Assembly: GCA_003649205.1 (NCBI GenBank)
Contig: QMRC01000006.1
Coordinates: 39,757-103,756 of the forward strand
Length of the DNA: 64,000 bases
Direction of reading: 5' to 3'
DNA from: Thermoprotei archaeon
GTDB lineage: Archaea > Thermoproteota > Thermoprotei > Thermoproteales > B15-G16
Numbering within the stretch: position 1 is the first letter of the stretch; every line of letters begins with the position of its first letter. Position numbers and translations under genes: made by a program. Below, piece by piece: positions 18,439 to 27,800 of this stretch. The notes under the pieces are model-generated. The model worked only from the letters and a program-made list of their open reading frames with translations, had not been told where the DNA came from and did no database searches.

Positions 18439-18455
18439 AGGTCAGACAAGGCTGA
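18439..18455 (+). repeat. attR core, 17-bp direct repeat
   Basis: Identical to 7652-7668. Confidence 0.92.
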
Positions 18456-18490
18456 ATTCTTCACGGATCTGCCTCGCCTGGGCTCATCAT
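18442..18490 (-). ncRNA. C/D-box guide sRNA (predicted 16S rRNA helix-27 region); integration target of the provirus
   Basis: ATGATGA-gcccaggcgagg-CAGA-tcc-GTGAAGA-attcagccttgt-CTGA; guides complement conserved archaeal 16S CGCCUGGG and GCAAGGCUGAA. Confidence 0.88.
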
Positions 18491-18534
18491 AAAGCAGCCA
18501 ATTACCTACTCTCGAGACCCTCTAATAAAGATCA

Positions 18535-19293
18535 CTAATCAGCAATCACATACCTAACCTCACCAGTGAAGCACCACTCACTCTCATCACTACGTTTGAG
18601 ATCCACATCTACACACTTCTGCTGAAGATACAGTATTAGTTCTCGACTCGGGATTGCCTCACTAGGTAGTGAATCAAGAACACGTCTATACTGTACAGCT
18701 ATGATTCCATCGAAGTACTTACTTAGCTCCTCAACTGACTCAACAACCTTACTCTCTGGAATTAACTCAATACCGAAGAGGATGTAAGCAATGAAGCTAA
18801 CCTCATCACCATAAACTTCACGACATTTCTCCCTAAGAGCATTCAACCTCACAATCTCACTCTGAGGAATACCCTTACACAACACAGCATTTCTCAGGTA
18901 CTCATCCCAAACCTCAATACCAACCCTAATAACGAGCCTACTAGGTTTAAGCAGCTCAAGCACCTGTCTCACAGAGTCAAAACTTAGGTACTCAGGTCTA
19001 GACTCAATATCCACAATTCTACCACAGGTAAATCTAGAGAGCTTGAGCACGGTATCCAGAGGTAGCTCAAAGAATGAACCACCATTAAATACAGTAATTC
19101 TCTCAATACTAAACCTCAGGGTAGCATCTTCCAGAAGCGACAATATCTTGTCATTTGTCTGAATTACATCGGATAGTGAGTTACCTGCCTCAAGGAAGAA
19201 GGGACAGAAGACACATCTACCCCAACGACATCTAAATCCCTTGAGTATCACGATAGCTCTCTTCCTAGATCTCTCAATCACAACACCTAGCAC
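18535..19293 (-). CDS. Radical SAM protein, RaSEA (archaeosine lyase, TIGR01210)-like
   Basis: CRWGRCVFC, FNGGSFF, DIESRPEY, VGIE motifs. Confidence 0.72.
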   Translation of the reverse strand: MLGVVIERSRKRAIVILKGFRCRWGRCVFCPFFLEAGNSLSDVIQTNDKILSLLEDATLRFSIERITVFNGGSFFELPLDTVLKLSRFTCGRIVDIESRPEYLSFDSVRQVLELLKPSRLVIRVGIEVWDEYLRNAVLCKGIPQSEIVRLNALREKCREVYGDEVSFIAYILFGIELIPESKVVESVEELSKYFDGIIAVQYRRVLDSLPSEAIPSRELILYLQQKCVDVDLKRSDESEWCFTGEVRYVIAD

Positions 19294-19990
19294 TGAGAAT
19301 CTCCCTCAAACCACTAATTAACTTACTCAAACTAGTTGGAGTTATGAGTATGAGATCTGGATCATCGTAGTAACCACCTAGAGATACCTCATCAAGCTCA
19401 TGAGGAGGTACCTCATTAACTCTCGCAGCTAAGTTCTTAACCTCAATACCTAGCATGGAACAAGCACGCTCTAGAGCAGCATAGCTATCTGAATCCCACC
19501 TTAGATACGACACAAAGCACTCATAATAACTCCTAAATCTACTCAGGAACAATCTCAATCTCTCACAGGTAACCTCCCTATAGAGTACCTTCACTTCACT
19601 AGTTTCATACTTAGGATTCCAGTCATACGCACAATAGGGGTAGTACTCTTCAAGCTCTCTCGGTACGATACCGGCATTCGTTATAATGACTTGATGAATA
19701 TCCTCGTAGTACCTACCTAACGACTTCAAAGCCCTAATTATGAAGTAGTGTATGTAGGATTGAGAGTACGGCTTACCGTAAGCACATGGTAGGAAGAGAC
19801 AGACTCTATACCTCTTCCTTGGCTTCCACTCAGTTAGTAATCTCTTAAAACCCTCTTCAAAGAATGGGTGCTTAAGGTACCTAAGACCTACACCTCTGAG
19901 GAATTCCCTACCATCACCAGACCAGATAAGTTCGTGACCATCCCAAATAACGTACAAGCTAGATCCCTCAAGAAGTTCTCCACAAACCAA
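19274..19990 (-). CDS. Stand-alone DUF5591 (ArcS catalytic-domain-like) protein
   Basis: FLPCAYGKPYSQSYIH, GIVPRELE..YP...YD motifs. Confidence 0.78.
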   Translation of the reverse strand: MVCGELLEGSSLYVIWDGHELIWSGDGREFLRGVGLRYLKHPFFEEGFKRLLTEWKPRKRYRVCLFLPCAYGKPYSQSYIHYFIIRALKSLGRYYEDIHQVIITNAGIVPRELEEYYPYCAYDWNPKYETSEVKVLYREVTCERLRLFLSRFRSYYECFVSYLRWDSDSYAALERACSMLGIEVKNLAARVNEVPPHELDEVSLGGYYDDPDLILITPTSLSKLISGLREILSARCCD

Positions 19991-20043
19991 TACACTCTAA
20001 TAATTCTTAGCAATTCTTCCCCTAAAGAATAGGTCAAGACGAG

Positions 20044-20241
20044 GTGATGTATTTGTCAACTAAGAAACGTGAAGAGAGATGGGGTACGTGCCCGAAGTGT
20101 GGTGGAGGATTGAGAAGGAGAAATCACCCAGAGATATTCCAGTGTAGGAAGTGTGGTACGTACTTCTGTGGTAGGTGTTGGAAGGCAGAATTCATGTCCT
20201 ATGCAGAAGCTTTAGAGCACTTAAAGGACTGTACTGGTTAA
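20044..20241 (+). CDS. Small zinc-finger protein
   Basis: CPKC, CRKC, CGRC, H..C. Confidence 0.6.
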   Translation: MMYLSTKKREERWGTCPKCGGGLRRRNHPEIFQCRKCGTYFCGRCWKAEFMSYAEALEHLKDCTG

Positions 20242-20270
20242 GGTGATGTACTCTGAATAACTTATCCTAT

Positions 20271-22022
20271 GTGCTTGGCAGTGTATTTAGGGATTCTGGT
20301 GTCCAAGTACTTGCTGTTGAGGGTAGAGCACTACAGAGTAAGATCGTTAGTGCAATTATCCAAAGTTGTAGGGAGATGAACATCAATGTCATTGTGCTAC
20401 CTAGTGGTAGAGACGTGGTCCTATCATCAGTCGCTACTTCAAGTACTTTCCTGCGTACTCTAGCAGTGATATCTCATGAAGGTTTTGCAGAGTCTCTCGA
20501 TGTACTTGAGAAAGTGAGTAGAGTAGGTTGCAGAGGTGCTTTAGTGATAACAGTTGTCGATGAATTTAGACAAGATATCCGTGTACTGGCTTCAGCCCTA
20601 AAGCTTCCAGTACTAGAGCTATCAACAGCTAGCTACATCCCGTTGATCTACAGTAATTGCTTTGAGTGGAGTGAAGCAGCAGAGCTACCATACGTAGTTA
20701 GGTTGTTATGTCCCTTAGTGTGGTCTAAGGTTGAGTACCGTGGTGAAGGTATTGAGAGGTTACCTAGAACACCTGTCTTCAACAAGCACTGGCACAGAGT
20801 GTATAGGTGGGTACCTGAGCTACATGATAGGTACTCTGTGAATCTGCAGGAGGTTGATAGGTGTCGCGATGTTGCTAGAGCTTTTGCAGAGTTGGGTACT
20901 CTATGTAGGGAGTGGGGTAGTGGTGATACCTGTGTTATTAGTAGTGGCTTTGCTAGGTTCTGTATTGAGTTAGGTGGTGTCTGTTTCCTAGATGTACCTT
21001 ACGTGTATCCTTTTCCTCGGGAACTTCTTAGGAAGCAACTTCATGAGTATCGTAGAGCTATTGTTGTTGAGATTGGTGTTGCTTCCTACCTCAGTGATTT
21101 GGTTAAGTCTATTTTACCGAGTGGAGTTGATGTAGTGACTATTATTGGCAATGATATTGTTGATGCTGTGAATAAGTTGTCAGCTGTACTTAGGTGTACC
21201 GTGAAGGGTGTTGAGTTGATTAATGGTCTCGAGAGGTATAGTGAGGCAAGGAGTACAGTTAGTGAGGAGTGTTGTGGTTGCGGTTTAGTTGCTCTTGCTT
21301 ATGCTCTGTACCGAGTACTTAGGGATAGGGGTGATGTACCTGTTATCGTATTTGATAGGGGGTGCCTCGGTAGGCTGTTAATGAGATTTAGAGGGGATTT
21401 GAAGCCAAATTACTCAATACTTTCAACATCGTACTCGATTGATGATGTAGGGGATATAGGGGATATTTCTCTAGCACCTAGGTCAGCAATTACGACATCT
21501 ATTGGGTATGCAGTAGCTAGGTATCGTGATGGTCCTATCCTCTGTGTATCTGATGGTCTTAACTTCCTCACTCAAATCCATAGTATTAAGGTGTTGAGGA
21601 GGGTTGGTGATGTTAAGTTACTTATTGTGGTCACTAGAGGGTACAGTGGATCTGAGCTGTTTGAGGATCTTGACGCTGTGAAGTTGCTTGAGGTCCTTGG
21701 GTATTCTCGTGAGGAGGTTCTGGTTACTGATTCAGGTAGTGTTAATGAGCTAGTTGAGTTCTTGAGTAAGTTACTTAGTAGGCCTGAGGTTAGAGCTATG
21801 GTGTATCTAGTCAATTGTCGTAAGGGTAGAGAAGTTGTTTGTAGAGGAGTTGTCGAGTTTATTGCTGAGAACTGTGATGCTTGTGGTGAGTGCCTTAAGG
21901 TCCCTTGTCCTGCTATCGAAATTTCTGAAACAGGGACACCAGTAATTAAGCGTGAGCTCTGTATTGGTTGTGGTATATGTTGTGAGGTCTGTACTAGAGG
22001 TGCTTTGAAACTTGCGCAGTAG
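20271..22022 (+). CDS. Divergent indolepyruvate:ferredoxin oxidoreductase alpha-like protein
   Basis: C.GC, DRGC, C-terminal CDACGEC..VPCPAI and CIGCGIC..VC; ThDP motif degenerate. Confidence 0.6.
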   Translation: MLGSVFRDSGVQVLAVEGRALQSKIVSAIIQSCREMNINVIVLPSGRDVVLSSVATSSTFLRTLAVISHEGFAESLDVLEKVSRVGCRGALVITVVDEFRQDIRVLASALKLPVLELSTASYIPLIYSNCFEWSEAAELPYVVRLLCPLVWSKVEYRGEGIERLPRTPVFNKHWHRVYRWVPELHDRYSVNLQEVDRCRDVARAFAELGTLCREWGSGDTCVISSGFARFCIELGGVCFLDVPYVYPFPRELLRKQLHEYRRAIVVEIGVASYLSDLVKSILPSGVDVVTIIGNDIVDAVNKLSAVLRCTVKGVELINGLERYSEARSTVSEECCGCGLVALAYALYRVLRDRGDVPVIVFDRGCLGRLLMRFRGDLKPNYSILSTSYSIDDVGDIGDISLAPRSAITTSIGYAVARYRDGPILCVSDGLNFLTQIHSIKVLRRVGDVKLLIVVTRGYSGSELFEDLDAVKLLEVLGYSREEVLVTDSGSVNELVEFLSKLLSRPEVRAMVYLVNCRKGREVVCRGVVEFIAENCDACGECLKVPCPAIEISETGTPVIKRELCIGCGICCEVCTRGALKLAQ

Positions 22023-22821
22023 GTACCTGTATGGCTATCCTGTGATTGCTGTTCTTGGCTACAAGAATTCCGGTAAGACAACCCTGATATCTCTACTAGT
22101 TAATTCACTACAGAGACGTGGGGTTAAGGTTGGTGTCATAAAGCACATTGCTGATAAGTACTTCACTATTGATACACCCGGTACTGATACATGGAAGTTT
22201 AGGGGATGCGGTAGCAGTGTTGTTGGGTATGTTGCAGATAGTGGTGAGGCTGGTCTCTATGGTGATCTTGGTGATCTAGGTATGTTACTTAGGTTCTTCC
22301 TTGAGCTAGGTTGTGAGGTTGTTTTTCTTGAGGGGTTCAGTAGGTGGGTTAGGGATAGGGGTGATGTTGCTAAGATAGTGTGTGTAAGAGGTTATTCTGA
22401 GGTTTCAGAGCTTACTGAAGGTGTTGTGAATGTAATTGCGGTGTGTAGTCCATACGTTTCTGGTGATGGTATTGTTAAGCTACCTGAACAATTTAATGAG
22501 GTTTTAACGAGAGTTCTAAAGTACGTAGAGCTTCAACGTAAGGTACGTGAGGTACTAACTCAGCTACCAGGTCTGGACTGTGGGAAATGCGGTTTACGAT
22601 GTTGCGGTGAGTTTGCTCTTGCTGTGGTTAGGGGTTTAAGGAAGTTAGAGGAGTGTAGAGCTAGAGGCGGAAGTTTATCTAGGGTCACTGTTAGGGGTCG
22701 TGAAGTTGCTCTTAATAGGTTTGTATCTAAGCTACTTCACGATATTGTGCTTGCTATCTTGAAGAATTTGAAAGGTGTTGAGGTAACAGGTGCTGAACAC
22801 ATTGAGGTGATTGTAGAGTGA
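22012..22821 (+). CDS. mobB: Molybdopterin-guanine dinucleotide biosynthesis protein B with Fe-S domain
   Basis: GYKNSGKTT, IKH, DTPGTDT, LEGF, LPGLDCGKCG. Confidence 0.9.
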   Translation: MRSRYLYGYPVIAVLGYKNSGKTTLISLLVNSLQRRGVKVGVIKHIADKYFTIDTPGTDTWKFRGCGSSVVGYVADSGEAGLYGDLGDLGMLLRFFLELGCEVVFLEGFSRWVRDRGDVAKIVCVRGYSEVSELTEGVVNVIAVCSPYVSGDGIVKLPEQFNEVLTRVLKYVELQRKVREVLTQLPGLDCGKCGLRCCGEFALAVVRGLRKLEECRARGGSLSRVTVRGREVALNRFVSKLLHDIVLAILKNLKGVEVTGAEHIEVIVE

Positions 22822-22826
22822 TGTAG

Positions 22827-23594
22827 TTAGAACAGTGGAGCTAGTACGTAGCATGCCGCAGAGACCACTAGTGGAAGTGTTAAGTTATCTTCTGGACTGT
22901 ATGCTTCTGTCACTACGGCTATTGAAGCTACGATTACCGATACTGTTGGTTCCAGACCAAGTGCTACTAATATCACAGCGAATACGAATGCTGTTATGAA
23001 CATCGCTGGTAAGCTAGTCTTCGAGTGGGGTATGGTGTACCCATTTAGCACCCTTGTGAGTATTGGTGAGAGAGCATCCACTATAGCTAGGGATAGAATT
23101 CCGTACATGACATATTCATTAAACAGTATATAGGAGATGAGAACTGAAAGAGAGCCAAAGGTCGCTCCAATATAACCTGTTTTCTTCTCGTAATCACGCT
23201 CTATACTCGAAATAATTGATGTAACTGTGGTCTCGAACTTAACTATGTGCATCTCCACGTCACGAATTAACTTACTCAATTCCTTAATCGGTACTGGAGT
23301 TCTCTGAAGACTCACTTGAAGACCTTCAAAGATCTTTCTACGTGCTTCCACAATTCTCCTTCTCAATTCCTCTGTGAGTAAGGGTGCTCTTACCTGGAAA
23401 CTATTTACGAAAGCACATGAGAAGCAAACTAATGAATAGATGAGGGTTGTTACCTCATGTGGTGAGGACCCATACTGCGCAAGTACTCCAGCATACAGCT
23501 TCGGAGCTATGAGTGCTACAAGTAGTAGGAGACACAATGTTGTGTGAATGCTCTTTCTAATAATTAGCGTCTTAAGCGAGTCCGACATGACCAC
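22827..23594 (-). CDS. Dolichol/phytol kinase-like membrane protein
   Basis: RKSIH, R.YE, SKT, EDNLTLP motifs. Confidence 0.75.
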   Translation of the reverse strand: MVMSDSLKTLIIRKSIHTTLCLLLLVALIAPKLYAGVLAQYGSSPHEVTTLIYSLVCFSCAFVNSFQVRAPLLTEELRRRIVEARRKIFEGLQVSLQRTPVPIKELSKLIRDVEMHIVKFETTVTSIISSIERDYEKKTGYIGATFGSLSVLISYILFNEYVMYGILSLAIVDALSPILTRVLNGYTIPHSKTSLPAMFITAFVFAVILVALGLEPTVSVIVASIAVVTEAYSPEDNLTLPLVVSAACYVLAPLF

Positions 23595-23663
23595 TAGTCA
23601 GTATCACTACAGCAAGGTACTATTAAATGTGACCTACCTTAGACCTAGCTTTGCTGAACTGAA

Positions 23664-23715
23664 TCAGACAATAGCCCCCAGCTCCTCATCGCTCAGTGGT
23701 AGGTCTCTTCATCAC
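23664..23715 (-). ncRNA. C/D-box guide sRNA overlapping the 3' end of the upstream CDS
   Basis: GTGATGA-agagacctacca-CTGA-gcg-ATGAGGA-gctgggggctattgt-CTGA. Confidence 0.82.
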
Positions 23716-24886
23716 CTACTAGAACTAACTTCCTGAGGTACTTAATGTACATATCGCGGAGTTGCATAATAACCTCCCTAACCCGTGTAGCACTAGATCT
23801 AGCTCTCTGAACTAGTGATTCATCACTCGAGAGCACAAGTAGAAGGCTCAACAACTCACCAATATTACTCGCTACCAGTAGAGCACCATTACCCAGGAGC
23901 TTGAGGTATGGATCGGGTACTGCTCTAGCTAAAGCAACTACAGGAAGACCTAGATAGAGAGACTTAACGATCTTAGACCTAGAACCAAATAAACCCTTAA
24001 CCTGAGGAATGACGACAATACTACCCCCAACAACATCCTCTAAACTAGGAACCTCACCAACTAATTCACAGAACTTAACAAACTTAGAAACCAACCTAGT
24101 AACCCTACCAACAACTCTACATCTCAACGCAACACCAACACGCTTCAAAGCACCTACAACACGATCCAACACAAAAACAGCCTCAACATTAGGCTCAAAA
24201 TCACTACCAAAGAAAACAAAAGTAGGTTCAGCAAATCTAGGACCCTCCACAGCTCGTCTAGGTAATTTAAGTAGAAGGGGACCAAAGAAAACCCTCACAC
24301 CAAAGCTGCATAGGAAAATTGTCTCGATTAGAGAGAAGGAAAGTACTAGAAGGCATTTCCTTAAGCAATTCACCTCAATGCAACCAAGAATCCTCACTAA
24401 GTGATCAACGACTACACTAGGACCACTACTAAGCTCAAGATATCTTAAGTACGTTAACTCACCACATATACCAATGACCTTCTGACCAAGAACCCTACAT
24501 ATGAGTAGTAGAACTGGGTAGTCCGTGTAGTGGATCATGACGTACTTAGGCTTAACCTCTCTAAATACATTCATGAGAGAGACATAAAGCGAGAGATCGA
24601 TTAGTAGAAGGAAGTTCAGGATTATGAAACCAAGCAGTCTTACAAGACCATAGCTACCACGCTCTAACGAACGAATAGTACTCCTAACACCTGACCTGTA
24701 GTACTGCATCAACACCATGGTGGAGAGAGAAGGTAAGTCCTTAAAACTAGTAATCGATATGTACCTCACAGTACATATAGGACGAAGTTCATCAATCAGT
24801 GATGCTAGTAACTCGCAACCACCACTCCTAGGTTCAAGTACCTCCTCAATACTATGAACAGACAGCACAACAATACTCAGCGCCAC
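23693..24886 (-). CDS. Glycosyltransferase (GT4-like)
   Basis: FFGSDFEPN, GSRSKI...LGLPVV motifs. Confidence 0.65.
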   Translation of the reverse strand: MALSIVVLSVHSIEEVLEPRSGGCELLASLIDELRPICTVRYISITSFKDLPSLSTMVLMQYYRSGVRSTIRSLERGSYGLVRLLGFIILNFLLLIDLSLYVSLMNVFREVKPKYVMIHYTDYPVLLLICRVLGQKVIGICGELTYLRYLELSSGPSVVVDHLVRILGCIEVNCLRKCLLVLSFSLIETIFLCSFGVRVFFGPLLLKLPRRAVEGPRFAEPTFVFFGSDFEPNVEAVFVLDRVVGALKRVGVALRCRVVGRVTRLVSKFVKFCELVGEVPSLEDVVGGSIVVIPQVKGLFGSRSKIVKSLYLGLPVVALARAVPDPYLKLLGNGALLVASNIGELLSLLLVLSSDESLVQRARSSATRVREVIMQLRDMYIKYLRKLVLVGDEETYH

Positions 24887-27800
24887 AATCTAGACCTCAC
24901 TAAATACATTAACTGAGAACCTAGACGTGTACAGGTGATAACCCAGAGAACTAAGGTCAATACCGAAGTCACTACAGCACAGGTACACACAACGTGATTA
25001 ACTACGGGAGTAAAAGCGATATGAGTACAATCACTAGTTACTCGTACTAAGGAGGTAGTAGTGAAGCAAACACCAGTAAACCTAGCACACTCTCTACAAC
25101 CCACTACACACCAGATATCACGTGGGTAGTACTTAACCTTCCACTCAACTACGTAAGTACCTCTATCGAGATTTAGACTTAAATCACGAAAGTTCACCCC
25201 AACAACACTACTCCGTAGGTACTTCACCAATTCACGAAGAGACGTAAACTTAGTGCTAAAAAGCACGAGAACATAGTCAACACACATACCACATTCAGCT
25301 CCACCCCTAACGGAAAAAATGACATTACTACCACAATGCTCACCGAGAAACACTAGATGAGGAAAATTAGGTAGCGATATGGAGTACGTACCCCGTACAG
25401 ACTTTACACAGAGAGCACAACCCTCATCCCCCCAAGCTAGAGCATAGACCCAGTACGGAATACTCAAGTTAGGTACCTCAAGATGGAGGGTATCACCATC
25501 ACGAAGCTTCAGAGCAAGACCACGAACTCTACTACACTTCACGAAATCACCACTCCTCAACCACAACTCAGGTTCCCATACGTATAGTAGAGAGAGGTAA
25601 CCACGTTCAATCAAACCCCTTAAAAGGTCGTTAATTCGTTCTACTTCATCAGATTTAACAAACAATAACACATCTATAACATTAAGACCACAGACATTAA
25701 CTACCTCAACCTCGTGAAGACCATTAGAAAGGTAGAGAATACCTACAGGAATAAACCTCAGAGACACGACACTGGATCTAGTACTAACGGAGAACACCCT
25801 ACCATCGATAACTACCTCGATCTCACCCCCACGATCGTGCTTTAGAGCACGAATTAACAACAAATACACACCAGACTTCTCAACTCTAAACACCACCTTG
25901 AGATTGCAACCACTCTTCTCACAAGCAACAACACTCGAAAAAGCATATCCCAGCCTCGCTAACCAGAGGTAAATCTCAGGTGAGAGTGCTGCCCATGAAA
26001 CTGTGTAGTTCTTCCTTGGTTCACAGTACCTACTTAAGTCAATCACTATAGCGTCTTGAGTAAGGTAGGGAAGAATATCGTAGATAGTACTGGAGCTAAG
26101 TACCAGAATCACATGATCTAGCTCACCACCGAGTAGAGTAGTGAGATTCTGCTGAAAGAAATCCCCCAGGAGGTGAGCAGTAGGTACCTCAGCAACATCT
26201 ACTCCAAGATCTTGAAGCAAATCCAGAGTGAAGAGGTCACCAACAATGACAAGACAAGTTCTTGAAGCAGCTACCTTAGGTGATGGAGGAACCGCTGTAA
26301 CGAAAGGTAACTTCCTAACACCCCAATAGTGCTTAATCGCCTTAAAGAACTTTAGCGGATTGGCCATGAACTCACCACTAACATCATCAACAACAATGTA
26401 CTTCACACCTAAGCACCTAGGTACTGTACTCCAATTAAGTACCTTGAAATTAGCTAGATTAAGCTCATAGAAGTAGTATGTGTGAGCTACCAAGTCCTGC
26501 AGACAACCAGGTAAGTACACAACACCTCTCCTATACCATACCCCAATGAGAGGTAGTGGAGAGAGCTCTTGAGCAATATCCTTGACAAATGTCTTAGTAG
26601 GTAGGTAACGAGGGTAAACACTTGCTGAATCTGGAAACCACATCACCCTATCGAGAACTAGACCAGATAACCTACTAACTACATCATGAGTCATCGTAGG
26701 TGGTTTAGCTAATTTGAAGAACTCTATAGAAGCTAGTGAGTGGAGCAGGAAGTGTGGAGTAGATCCCACAGCAACGATAGAAATAAACATCATAACCACT
26801 GCAATGAGTACCTTAATACTCAAGCTGTGTACCGTCCTAAATCTCAATCGTGTAGAGAGCACCATACGCAGAGCATCAATAGAGGTAGCAATGAGTAACG
26901 TAAGACCAACAGCACTAAGGTACAGAAACTTCGTACTCTCCCTAAATAGTGAAAGCGCTGGAACTACACGGTAAAGAGCTATGTACTGCTCAGTAGCTAG
27001 ATACGGTAAGAAAGCCAGAACAATACCAATCACGTAAAGTACGAAACCAACCTGAACAATCCTACATCTAATCCTACTGAGTGCTATTGTGAGAATACAC
27101 GCTAACCACAGCACTAGAACATACTCGAAGTACGGTACTAAAGCACCAGCACTTGAAACAGATACGAAGGGGGCATATAGGAGAGCTGTAGAGAGGGAAG
27201 TAACCTCAGCTTCACCCCACCTCGTTACCAATTCCTCAATCGGTACCAAGCCGTACCCTGGTATGGTAGTGATGGTGTAGTAGAGAGATAGTAACCAAGG
27301 TAGGAGTGGGAGTGCACATGCTATAGCTGTGTAAGGTACATACCTAATTACCTTCCTCAAGTTCTTCCTCTTAACTAATACGTAGAGGACTACGAGAAGA
27401 GGAGTGAGGACTACTAGGTGGAGCTGAGTCATCGATACTAGAGCTAGTGCTAGACCTAGGTAAATCGCGTAGTCCCTACGTGGTTTCTCAGTAAGTAAAT
27501 CAGCTAGCAATACAGTGAGCGGAGTTAGTGAGTAACCTATACAGAAGAGTACCTGACCTATAGCTAGTCTATTCAGTAGGAATGGTGATGTCGCGTAGAA
27601 TACTGCAGCTATAGCTGAAGTTGCTTTGCTGAATCCTAGGTGTCTGAGGAGCATATAGGTAAGTACGTAGGATAGCAGTATGGATGTGCTATACCATACC
27701 TTAACGTAGTTTGTAGGGCCAAATATCATCGATATGAGGTAGGTGATTACATAGTACAGACTCAACCTAATGTTTTCTGGGTCGAGAGTACCCATGTTCC

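Larger units (their letters stand above)
7652..18455. mobile_element. Integrated provirus resembling spindle-shaped (fusello-like) viruses; predicted 10,787-bp circle
   Basis: 17-bp terminal direct repeats, tyrosine integrase at left end, small RHH/wHTH genes, B251-like ATPase, VP1-like hydrophobic protein, secreted spike-like protein, basic nucleoprotein; no GATC seen. Confidence 0.9.

Noticed and set aside
18535-19990. DUF5591/radical SAM genes as part of the provirus
   Set aside because: They lie outside attR and contain GATC sites like host DNA.
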